NCBI GenBank assembly: GCA_049976845.1
Contig: JBMFHL010000014.1
Span: 1-16,678 of the forward strand
DNA length: 16,678 nucleotides
Direction: 5' to 3'
DNA from: Candidatus Micrarchaeia archaeon
GTDB taxonomy: Archaea; Micrarchaeota; Micrarchaeia; Micrarchaeales; CABMGC01
The notes under the pieces were generated by a model. That model ran no database searches. It worked only from the letters and a program-made list of their open reading frames with translations, and was not told the origin of the DNA. A program made the position numbers and the translations under genes. Positions 8,070 to 16,149 of this stretch are shown one piece after another. How positions within the stretch are numbered: the stretch's first letter is position 1; each line of letters begins with the position of its first letter.

Positions 8070-8954
8070 ATGATTGAAATGGAACCATTAAATACGCTGC
8101 CAAAATACAACCTATTCGGACTCGATGATCAGGATTACAGCAAATCAAAGATAGTTGTGCTTCCCGTGCCTTATGATTCTACAACAACATATCAATCCGG
8201 AGCAAGGAATGGGCCCAGGGCAATAATAAATGCGAGTAGGAATATAGAGTTATACAGCTATGAAGTCGGCGCAGACATAAGCAAACTTGGCATATACACT
8301 ACAGACGAACTTGCACCAGATCTAAGCTCTCCAGAAAACATGGTAAAAAGAATAAGCAAGGAAGTAGGCATAATCCTAGATGACAAAAAGGTTCCATTGC
8401 TTTTGGGTGGAGAGCATACAATAACCATAGGCGCGGTTCAAGCATTCAAGCAAAGAGAAGAAGAGTTAAGCATAATACAATTCGATGCGCATACAGATTC
8501 AAGGGACGAGCTCTTTGGCAGCAGGTACATGCACGCCACCGTTATGTCTAGGGTCTCTGAACTCTACGACAATTTTGTGCAAGTAGGAATAAGAAGCATA
8601 GATGAAGGATATGCAAAGAGGATGGATAAGAGCAAGGTGATACTTGCAGATGAAATTTATGAGAGGGGCGCAGAGGATATTGCAGAACAGATAAACAGCA
8701 TGACAAGCAACAACGTATATCTTACAATAGACCTTGACGTCTTAGACCCAAGCGAAATGCCGAGTGTAGGTACTCCAGAACCAGGCGGGGTTAGCTTTTC
8801 TAATCTATTAAAAATAATAAAGATAATAGGCAAAAGAAAATCTATTTCAGGGATAGATATCGTAGAGCTTAATCCAATACCTTATTTTGAGGCGCCCAAC
8901 TTTCTTGCAGCTAAACTCGCATACTTGGCGCTAGGTTATTCATTTATCAGGTGA
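8070..8954 (+). CDS. speB: Agmatinase (ureohydrolase family)
   Basis: PYDSTTTYQSGARNGP, GGEH, DAHTD, QVGIRS, DLDVLD, VGTPEPGG, DIVELNP; metal ligands intact. Confidence 0.92.
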   Translation: MIEMEPLNTLPKYNLFGLDDQDYSKSKIVVLPVPYDSTTTYQSGARNGPRAIINASRNIELYSYEVGADISKLGIYTTDELAPDLSSPENMVKRISKEVGIILDDKKVPLLLGGEHTITIGAVQAFKQREEELSIIQFDAHTDSRDELFGSRYMHATVMSRVSELYDNFVQVGIRSIDEGYAKRMDKSKVILADEIYERGAEDIAEQINSMTSNNVYLTIDLDVLDPSEMPSVGTPEPGGVSFSNLLKIIKIIGKRKSISGIDIVELNPIPYFEAPNFLAAKLAYLALGYSFIR

Positions 8955-9001
8955 CAATTCAACAAAAGCACAAAAAATTTATACTAAAAAATAAAAGTTT
9001 T

Positions 9002-9018
9002 GCAAAAAAGCTTTTAAG
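9002..9018 (+). promoter_or_regulatory. Putative BRE + TATA promoter of the decarboxylase gene
   Basis: GCAAAAAAG-CTTTTAAG about 30-35 nt upstream of the 9048/9051 starts. Confidence 0.45.
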
Positions 9019-9047
9019 CTTAATCATCGCAAGAAAATTCACAAGTA

Positions 9048-9464
9048 TTGATGAAGATGGTAAAATCTATCGCTAAGCAGCAGCAAATCTATAGGGCATG
9101 CAAAAGGGTCGTAGGGAAACACGTATACGGAAACCTATATGGAGTAGACAAAAGTATACTCACCAGCATGCAGATTGTAGAAAGTGCAGTGGTGACATCT
9201 GCAATGCTAGGGAATATGCACATATTAGAAATAATGAAAAGAAAGTTCGACTTTGAGAATTCGCCTGATAACGGGGGCGTTTCAGTAATTGCATTGATAG
9301 AGGAAAGCCACATAGCAGTGCATACATGGCCAGAAAGCAGCTACGCAACCGTCGATATATACTCTTGCGGTGTGCATAGCGACCCCAAAAAGGCATTTGC
9401 ATATATAATAGATCGCTTCAAGCCAAAGAGCTACAAGCAGTATTTTGCAGACAGGAGCAGCTAA
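9048..9464 (+). CDS. Pyruvoyl-dependent AdoMetDC-fold decarboxylase proenzyme, probably arginine decarboxylase (crenarchaeal type)
   Basis: GKHVYGNLY, GGVSVIALIEE/SHIAVHTWPE self-cleavage site, DIYSCG, C-terminal ADRSS; directly downstream of agmatinase. The fold is secure, the substrate is inferred. Start at TTG 9048, ATG 9051 or ATG 9057. Confidence 0.85.
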   Translation: MMKMVKSIAKQQQIYRACKRVVGKHVYGNLYGVDKSILTSMQIVESAVVTSAMLGNMHILEIMKRKFDFENSPDNGGVSVIALIEESHIAVHTWPESSYATVDIYSCGVHSDPKKAFAYIIDRFKPKSYKQYFADRSS

Positions 9465-9497
9465 TACCTTTTTATTACTTTTTGAATAAGTAATATC

Positions 9498-10370
9498 ATG
9501 GAATTGCTAAAATATGCTGTATATCTACTTATATTTACAGCGTTATTTAGCATAGCAAATGCAGGCACTGTAATAATCTCTGGCACATGCCAAGATTATG
9601 TCACAAACAATGCGATACTTTTCACGTTATCCAATAGCGGTAACGATTCGGCATATAACCTCATACTTTCGCCTTTCTTAACTGCAGCCATGCCAGAAAA
9701 CAGCAGCTACAGCATAAATGCACTCAATCCTGGCCACAGCATATCAATAAACGTAAACTTGGAAAACATTTCAATGCAGGGCACATATGCAGACATGTTT
9801 GTACTAGCATACCAGCAGGGATCCAAATCTTTCTCTGCAATATTCCCATGCCTAATAAGCTATCCAAAACCAACCGTTTCAGAGGTTTTTAGCAATGTTG
9901 AAGTCAACATTACAAATGGTATAGGAATTATAAATGTTTCCCTTTTCAACGCAGGAAGAGAGAATATAACGGGAAACCTCTCCCTGATGCTACCTCCCAC
10001 GCTTTCAAGCATATCAAGAAGCAATTACCTTTTCAATATCTCTCCGTATAGCACTAAAAATATGTCCTTCTCAGTGAAAATGCCGCATGGAACATCTTCT
10101 TATACGGCAGCAGTAGCGGCAAGCTACACCATAAAAGGCATTCACTATTCAACAATGTCAGCATTCAAATTGAGCAATACTCCTGCTTCTGCAGCAATAT
10201 CCACTTATTACCTCATAATTGCAGGCGCTGTGGTAATAATACTATTTTTATTATTCCTACTGTTTAATTCAATAAGGAAGAAGCGCATGCAAGCACACAT
10301 TACAAAGAGCAAGGGATCCTCCATCAAAGAAAAAAAGAATTCTCATAAAACAATGTCACTAAAGAAATGA
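9498..10370 (+). CDS. Hypothetical cell-surface protein (signal peptide, two beta-rich Ig/CARDB-like domains, C-terminal TM anchor)
   Basis: N-terminal hydrophobic stretch ending ANA; LSNSGND and LFNAGRE 'N-x-G' motifs; 9 N-x-S/T sequons; TM helix followed by a basic tail. Confidence 0.7.
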   Translation: MELLKYAVYLLIFTALFSIANAGTVIISGTCQDYVTNNAILFTLSNSGNDSAYNLILSPFLTAAMPENSSYSINALNPGHSISINVNLENISMQGTYADMFVLAYQQGSKSFSAIFPCLISYPKPTVSEVFSNVEVNITNGIGIINVSLFNAGRENITGNLSLMLPPTLSSISRSNYLFNISPYSTKNMSFSVKMPHGTSSYTAAVAASYTIKGIHYSTMSAFKLSNTPASAAISTYYLIIAGAVVIILFLLFLLFNSIRKKRMQAHITKSKGSSIKEKKNSHKTMSLKK

Positions 10371-10477
10371 AGCGTATTTGTGCAATGCGCAAAGCTTCAC
10401 TTTGGCCAACAAATCAAAAATTATCTAGAATTAAACGCAGCAATACAAATCGAGAATTACTTTTCCTCGTATTACCA

Positions 10478-11173
10478 TCAATCAAATAGGTTCTCAAACA
10501 ACGTTTTAAGTATTACATAACCATCTTTGAAAGTCCTGAGCTTTCCATTACCTGAGCTCCTTTTCTTCTCCATGCTTGGAACCTCAATTACTTTGAGCCT
10601 CTTCTTCACCGCTTTTATGCTTATTTCAGTTTCTATGCCAAAGCCGTTTTCTTTCAGATTAAGCTTTTCTAGTACTCCTTTTTTGAAGCTCCTATATCCA
10701 TAGCACAAATCTGTATAATTGGTGTGGTAAAACAGGTTAACAAGCCCTACGAAGAACTTGTTGCCGAATTTCCTAAACAGAGACATATCCTCTGTGCCTC
10801 CGCCGATTATGAATCTGGAGCCCATGCAGATGTCATAGCCTATTTCTATTCCAGATATAAGAAGCTTAAGTTCATTAGGCTTATGCGACAAATCCGCATC
10901 CATTGATATCTGTATATCACCCTTAGCCGCTTCAAGCCCTTTTCTCAAAGCGAAGCCTTTGCCTTTGGACTCAAACATTATTTTTGCACCTAAAGATCTT
11001 GCTATCTCAACAGTCTTATCTTCAGAATGACCATCTACGACAATTATTTCATACTTATAGCCATAGCTGTCAAGCTCATCTTTTACCTCCTTTATCAATT
11101 GCCCTATATTCTTAGCCTCGTTGAGTGTTGGCACTACAACCGATATATACGCTTTCTTTTTTTCCTTATTCAT
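10478..11173 (-). CDS. GT2 glycosyltransferase, polyprenol/dolichol-phosphate sugar synthase (DPM1-like)
   Basis: SVVVPTLNE, IIVVDGHSEDKT, GKGFAL, MDADLSH (DxD), GSRF, D..YGYR, GFGIETE; no C-terminal TM segment. Confidence 0.9.
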   Translation of the reverse strand: MNKEKKKAYISVVVPTLNEAKNIGQLIKEVKDELDSYGYKYEIIVVDGHSEDKTVEIARSLGAKIMFESKGKGFALRKGLEAAKGDIQISMDADLSHKPNELKLLISGIEIGYDICMGSRFIIGGGTEDMSLFRKFGNKFFVGLVNLFYHTNYTDLCYGYRSFKKGVLEKLNLKENGFGIETEISIKAVKKRLKVIEVPSMEKKRSSGNGKLRTFKDGYVILKTLFENLFD

Positions 11174-11320
11174 AAGGCTCAGCTATATAAATTACAAGAA
11201 GTAATCCAATAGATAAATATATATTGGTTAAATCTATATAAATAAACTTAAGTAGCTACAGTGCAGGCAATTTTTTATAAGATTGCTTAAAAAGTAAATA
11301 TCTTTAGGGGGATAAGAGTA

Positions 11321-12388
11321 ATGAATGCGATGGGCCTCTTCACCGAAGGAATAAAATCTAATTTTGTTAGCCTTAGCCATCCATACAAATTGACATTTGC
11401 CATAACAATGAGATGCAATTCCAGGTGCAGGCATTGCAATATCTGGCAGCTCAGGCCACAGAACGAGCTCACCATAGAAGAGATACGGAAATTCTCAGAA
11501 GCCAATCCATTCTTCAAGATAGTAGAGCTCACTGGCGGAGAGCCATTCCTGCGTGGCGACATAGTGGAGATAGCAGAGGCATTTAGCAAAAACTCCAAAG
11601 GCTTGTATGCCATAACAATGCCAACTAATTCGCTTGTAAGCAAGGATTTGATACTGTCAAAAGTAAAGGGGATGCTCAAGCTTAAGCAGAAGATAGTAGT
11701 GACTTTGTCGCTTGATGGATACAGGGAATTAGAAGATCATATAAGAGGTGTTAGTGGCAACTACGACAAGGTAATAAGCCTTTACAAGGAATTTTCGGAG
11801 CTCAAAAAAAGCCACAAGAACTTCGATTTCAAGCTTGGATATACTATAATAGGGCTCAATCAGGGCAAATTCCTGAAGACTGTGGAAGAGGTGAAAAAGG
11901 ATCTTCCAGAAGTATCTATAACTGATTTCCATGTCAACATTGGCGCCACGAGCGAAAGCTATTATGGCAACAACAGAGATCTTTCTAGCAACATTGTTGC
12001 GGATAAAAAGGTGGCGATAGAAGAGCTTAAGGAAGTGGCTAAAGCATATAAGAAGTCAATAGGCCTAAATATTTTTGATATAGTAAATGTTGGAGAATAC
12101 ATTTACCTTAAAGGCCTTATTGAGTATCTAGAAAAAGGTGTCAATCCTTTCAAGCGGCGCATAGGCGAAGCGTCTGTATTTGTTGACAATGTCGGTAATG
12201 TATACCCTTCAATATTAGTTGAAAAGAAGCTTGGCAACATAAGGTCAGACGGCTATGCACTGGAAAACATTATAAGCAGATCAAAAAACATAATAAAAGA
12301 GGATAATGGCAAACATTATACCTTCTGCGATGAGGAAGCAAGCATAATAGGCGACATACCAAAATCGCTTGAACTGCTAATAAAATAG
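11321..12388 (+). CDS. Radical SAM protein with degenerate SPASM/Twitch-like C-terminus
   Basis: CNSRCRHC (CxxxCxxC), LTGGEPFLR, PTN, SLDG...HIRGV, then VDNVGNVYPS...LGNI. Confidence 0.9.
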   Translation: MNAMGLFTEGIKSNFVSLSHPYKLTFAITMRCNSRCRHCNIWQLRPQNELTIEEIRKFSEANPFFKIVELTGGEPFLRGDIVEIAEAFSKNSKGLYAITMPTNSLVSKDLILSKVKGMLKLKQKIVVTLSLDGYRELEDHIRGVSGNYDKVISLYKEFSELKKSHKNFDFKLGYTIIGLNQGKFLKTVEEVKKDLPEVSITDFHVNIGATSESYYGNNRDLSSNIVADKKVAIEELKEVAKAYKKSIGLNIFDIVNVGEYIYLKGLIEYLEKGVNPFKRRIGEASVFVDNVGNVYPSILVEKKLGNIRSDGYALENIISRSKNIIKEDNGKHYTFCDEEASIIGDIPKSLELLIK

Positions 12389-12440
12389 AATAGGAAAGGA
12401 ATAAAAATAATAGAAGCAAAGAAAAATACGTGGTGTGCAC

Positions 12441-14138
12441 ATGTATATATTAGGAATATGGGATGGCCATGATTCTGGGGCTGCCCTGCTTGAAGACAAT
12501 AAGATAATATTTGCAGCAAATGAAGAGAGGTTCACAAAGCGCAAACTCGAAGTGAAATTCCCTTACAATTCAATCCAGGCTGCGCTCAAATATGCGCAGC
12601 TTAAGCCTAGCGACATAAGCACAATAGCGTTTCCCACTACCGAACTAACCAAAACTCTTGAGAGAATAATGCCATACTCGAAAGAATATCATTACTTATA
12701 TAGGAGGAGGAAGATACTAAAGCCTAGATTTGAATCATACAATAGATGGTTAAGATATACGCTGCTTCAATTTGGCGTGCTGCCAATGTGCACCACCATA
12801 AGCAAGCGCATAGTAAGCAATCAGCTAAGGCACATGGGTTTCAAGGATTTCAAGCTGTATGCAGTAGATCATCATACCGCGCACGCGGCAACGGCGGCGT
12901 TTACATCGGGTTTCGGAAGGTCGCTTGTAGTGACCATAGATGGATTGGGCGATGGCCTGAGCGGATCCATAAGTACGCTTGAGAAAGGAAAATTGCAGAG
13001 GCACAAGGCGATAAGCGAGCGCAATTCAATAGGCATCTTCTTCGAGCAAGTCACATATCTTCTTGGGATGCGAGAGCTCGAAGACGAGGGCAAGGTTATG
13101 GCAATGGCCGATTATTCTTATCCCTTCAATTTTTCAGACAATAAGATGAAAGATTTCTTCAAGGTTGAAGGGTCCGACATAATCGCAAAATACAATTTCA
13201 AAAAACAGCTCTATCTTTTGGACAAAATCTCTTGGGCCACACCCAGGGAGCAGTTTGCATACATGGCTCAGCAGCTGCTTGAGAATGTAATGGAAAAATT
13301 CTTCGAGAATGTGATTGATGAATATGGCATAGGAAGCGTTGCAATGGCCGGAGGAAGCATGTCAAATGTAAAGGCCAATATGAAAATAAGGAAGCTAAGT
13401 TCGCTTAAAGAATGGTTCATATTCCCGCACATGGGCGATGGCGGCATGGCGATGGGTGCCGCGATGTACGCCAATTATCTAATTAATGGTATCTCCAATT
13501 ACAATTTCAGTAACGCATACCTTGGCACTGAATATGATGAAAACAGCGTACTTAGTGCATTGAAGAAAGAGAAAGGCCTTGAGTTCGAGCACGACAAAAG
13601 CAAGAGCAAGCATGCAGCGGAGCTGATAAATAAAAATAATTACATCTTCTGGTTCCAAGGGCGCATGGAATATGGCCCGAGGGCATTGGGCAACAGGAGC
13701 ATACTCGCAAAAGCAGGATCAGACGATGTTAAGGACAAGCTTAACATGTATGTGAAGCAGAGAGAGTGGTTCCAGCCATTCGCACCATCAATGCTAGAGA
13801 GCGAAGCAAATCGCCTGCTCGAGCAAGTCAAAGGAGTAGATAAGTTCATGACGATGGCGTACGCAGTCAAGAAGGACGTGAGGGATGCAATGAAGTCAGT
13901 AATGCACGTTGACTTTACGGCAAGGCCGCAGATGGTAGGAGATGAGAATCCCTCTTACAAGAGTCTGATAAGCGAGGTGAAGAAGAACGAGGGCTACGGC
14001 GTAATACTGAACACAAGCTTCAACATACACGGCATGCCTATTGTGATGAGCCCTGAAGACGCGATAGACACAATGAAGAGGACAAAAACAAAATACATGT
14101 TCCTGGGTGACTTCTTCGTAGAAAATAAAAGTGTGTAA
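12441..14138 (+). CDS. O-carbamoyltransferase, NodU/CmcH/TobZ family
   Basis: GHDSGAAL, EERFTKRK, HHTAHAA, DGLGD, EGKVMAMA, AGG..NV, GDGG.A.GAA, GRMEYGPRALGNRSILA, REWFQPFAPS, HVDFTARPQ, LNTSFNIHG.PIV. ATG 12441 follows GGTG. Confidence 0.95.
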   Translation: MYILGIWDGHDSGAALLEDNKIIFAANEERFTKRKLEVKFPYNSIQAALKYAQLKPSDISTIAFPTTELTKTLERIMPYSKEYHYLYRRRKILKPRFESYNRWLRYTLLQFGVLPMCTTISKRIVSNQLRHMGFKDFKLYAVDHHTAHAATAAFTSGFGRSLVVTIDGLGDGLSGSISTLEKGKLQRHKAISERNSIGIFFEQVTYLLGMRELEDEGKVMAMADYSYPFNFSDNKMKDFFKVEGSDIIAKYNFKKQLYLLDKISWATPREQFAYMAQQLLENVMEKFFENVIDEYGIGSVAMAGGSMSNVKANMKIRKLSSLKEWFIFPHMGDGGMAMGAAMYANYLINGISNYNFSNAYLGTEYDENSVLSALKKEKGLEFEHDKSKSKHAAELINKNNYIFWFQGRMEYGPRALGNRSILAKAGSDDVKDKLNMYVKQREWFQPFAPSMLESEANRLLEQVKGVDKFMTMAYAVKKDVRDAMKSVMHVDFTARPQMVGDENPSYKSLISEVKKNEGYGVILNTSFNIHGMPIVMSPEDAIDTMKRTKTKYMFLGDFFVENKSV

Positions 14139-14139
14139 T

Positions 14140-15897
14140 ATGCAGCCTCTTTTCGGTTATGCAATAACTGCCGCTATACTAATTTCTCTAATACTACTGA
14201 TATACTCTCTCATAAAAGGCAGAAAATATATAAGAAGCGAATTGGATGGAATCGACAAGCATGCTGTTTTGGCGCTTGTCATAATACTATTGTTTTTCCT
14301 TTCATTTTCCATACTATTTGTACATCCTGTCGAGCAGCTGTATTTTGACGAGAATATCTATCAGGGGATCGCAATCAATATCTTGCATCATGGCAACGCC
14401 TTTTGGTGCCAATACGGCACAGGCTATCTTACAAGCTGCTTTGATAGTGCCCTATACCATGACCCAGTAGAATGGTCTTTCTTCCTTGCAATAGCATTTG
14501 GTATATTTGGGATAGGCACTGCAACAGCGTACAATACGCAATTGGCAATAGGCGCATTTTCAATAATACTTTTCTTCCTCATGGCATATGTAGCTACAAA
14601 AAAGAGGGGTATGGCAGTAGCTTCTACTCTTGCATTCTCCCTGATGCCTGAGCTGTTCATATGGTCAAGGACACAGGCGGATCCAGACCTGCCGTTCATG
14701 GCTTTCTCGATACTCTCCTTCTTTCTTTTCCTGGTGTTTATGAGAAAAAGAAATAATACTACATTCGCAATGTTTGCTTTTAGCCTGCTGCTGTCTATAT
14801 ATATGAGGACAGAAGGCATTCTTCTTATCGGGATATTCTTGCTGCTTTTCCTAATATCAAATTTTGGCATTGATAAAGAAAGCATAAAGGACAAGCTAAG
14901 AATAGTTAAAGAGGAGATAAACAGCAATCCAAAATTCCTCCTGATATTGTTAATATTCATGATTCTCCTCTTCCCGCAAATCTATTACATCGCAGTCGAG
15001 TCGCTGAATCCGCAATATGGGCAGGGGAGCAACGGTATCTTCTCAATATCAAATTTTAAAAATAATTTTCCAGCTAATGTGAATTTGTTATCAGGGGAAT
15101 ATAATTTCCCGGCATTTTATCCTGCCATCTTCCCGCCGTTTACCACAGCATTTGCTATTATAGGCATAATATTTTTGCTGGTGCGCAAGCGCAATCATGA
15201 CAATAATCTTCTTGCATTAACTACAATTTGGTTTCTAACATACTTCCTTTTCTACAGCTCCTTCTACGCCGGAAGCGCACTTTTCGGTGTTGACGTGAGA
15301 TTCATGCTGCAGATAATGCCTCCGCTCTCGCTGCTTGCAGGAGCAGGCATTGTATTTGCATCAGATTTTCTGGGCTCTGCCGGAATATCAATTATTGGGA
15401 AATTCAAAAATCGGCGCAGTGTCAAGAAGCTCAAAAAAACAAGGGGCAAGATTGCCTTAGCCTCTGTAGTAATACTTGTCTCTGCATTTGTGATATACCC
15501 ATTCATAAGCTCAATTGGCATAATCACAATAAAACCAAGCCAAATGGCCCAGCAAAATATCATATACCCTGCAATGCAATTCTTCTACAGCAACTATAAC
15601 AAAGTGCCGAGCAACTGCCTTGTCTTCTCATTTACTCCAGACATATGGTATGAAGTTGGTAGGGCATCTGCGCAGATAGGCTATTTGGATTCAACTAACT
15701 CCTCTTTTATAAATTTTGAGAAGCAATACAGCTGCTACGTTATTGATTTCGGCTACTGGTGCCTTGTGCCCCCATATGCCAACACTACCTGCAGCTTCGA
15801 CTTGTCGGAGTATAAGACAATACCGCTTGCAACAGGCGTTATACCAAATACAAACAAGGTTACCGGCTACTATTTGATCCTCAACTATACCCCATAA
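14140..15897 (+). CDS. Multi-pass GT-C fold glycosyltransferase (PMT/ArnT-like, lipid-linked sugar donor)
   Basis: Many TM helices; LYFDENIY acidic DE motif in the first large loop; RTEG; VRFMLQIMP; soluble Cys-containing C-terminal domain. ATG lies 1 nt after the carbamoyltransferase stop. Confidence 0.75.
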   Translation: MQPLFGYAITAAILISLILLIYSLIKGRKYIRSELDGIDKHAVLALVIILLFFLSFSILFVHPVEQLYFDENIYQGIAINILHHGNAFWCQYGTGYLTSCFDSALYHDPVEWSFFLAIAFGIFGIGTATAYNTQLAIGAFSIILFFLMAYVATKKRGMAVASTLAFSLMPELFIWSRTQADPDLPFMAFSILSFFLFLVFMRKRNNTTFAMFAFSLLLSIYMRTEGILLIGIFLLLFLISNFGIDKESIKDKLRIVKEEINSNPKFLLILLIFMILLFPQIYYIAVESLNPQYGQGSNGIFSISNFKNNFPANVNLLSGEYNFPAFYPAIFPPFTTAFAIIGIIFLLVRKRNHDNNLLALTTIWFLTYFLFYSSFYAGSALFGVDVRFMLQIMPPLSLLAGAGIVFASDFLGSAGISIIGKFKNRRSVKKLKKTRGKIALASVVILVSAFVIYPFISSIGIITIKPSQMAQQNIIYPAMQFFYSNYNKVPSNCLVFSFTPDIWYEVGRASAQIGYLDSTNSSFINFEKQYSCYVIDFGYWCLVPPYANTTCSFDLSEYKTIPLATGVIPNTNKVTGYYLILNYTP

Positions 15898-15965
15898 ATG
15901 CATTGACTTAAAAATCGCTGCTTTCTCATCGTATACAAGCTAATTCCTGCATTCACAGATCCAAT

Positions 15966-15990
15966 CGCAAAATATTTAAATATATATAAA
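15966..15990 (+). promoter_or_regulatory. Putative BRE/TATA promoter of the 23S rRNA gene
   Basis: CGCAAAATA-TTTAAATA-TATATAAA about 165-185 nt before the 23S 5' end, just upstream of a structured, more GC-rich tract. Confidence 0.65.
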
Positions 15991-15999
15991 CAAATACTA

Positions 16000-16149
16000 C
16001 TTCGGTGCTCTTATGGTAGGTTGAGCTTTGTAGAGGAAGATGTACTCTAGAGCTCCGTATGCTATGACGGTACATTCCTACACTCACTACCTATGCGCAA
16101 TAATGATATCATGCTTTGCATGATTGATTCGAGGAGAAGTGAGCTTGTA
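16000..16149 (+). other. Structured 5' leader (external transcribed spacer) of pre-23S rRNA
   Basis: Several self-complementary segments, e.g. 16015-16045 with 16070-16091, and ATCATGC-TTT-GCATGAT at 16108-16124. Boundaries are approximate. Confidence 0.55.

Noticed and set aside
12386..12441. TAG readthrough (pyrrolysine) fusing the radical SAM gene to the carbamoyltransferase
   Set aside because: The two ORFs are in different frames and the downstream gene has its own GGTG RBS.
8070..14138. Functional link between the polyamine genes and the carbamoyltransferase via N-carbamoylputrescine
   Set aside because: Putrescine carbamoyltransferases belong to the OTCase fold, not NodU/TobZ, and agmatinase bypasses that intermediate. 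The loci are also separated by a convergent gene boundary.
14424..14960. 178-aa minus-strand ORF, and the other short nested or antisense ORFs in the track
   Set aside because: All lie within well-supported genes, have no recognisable motifs, and are explained by codon bias on the opposite strand or in another frame.
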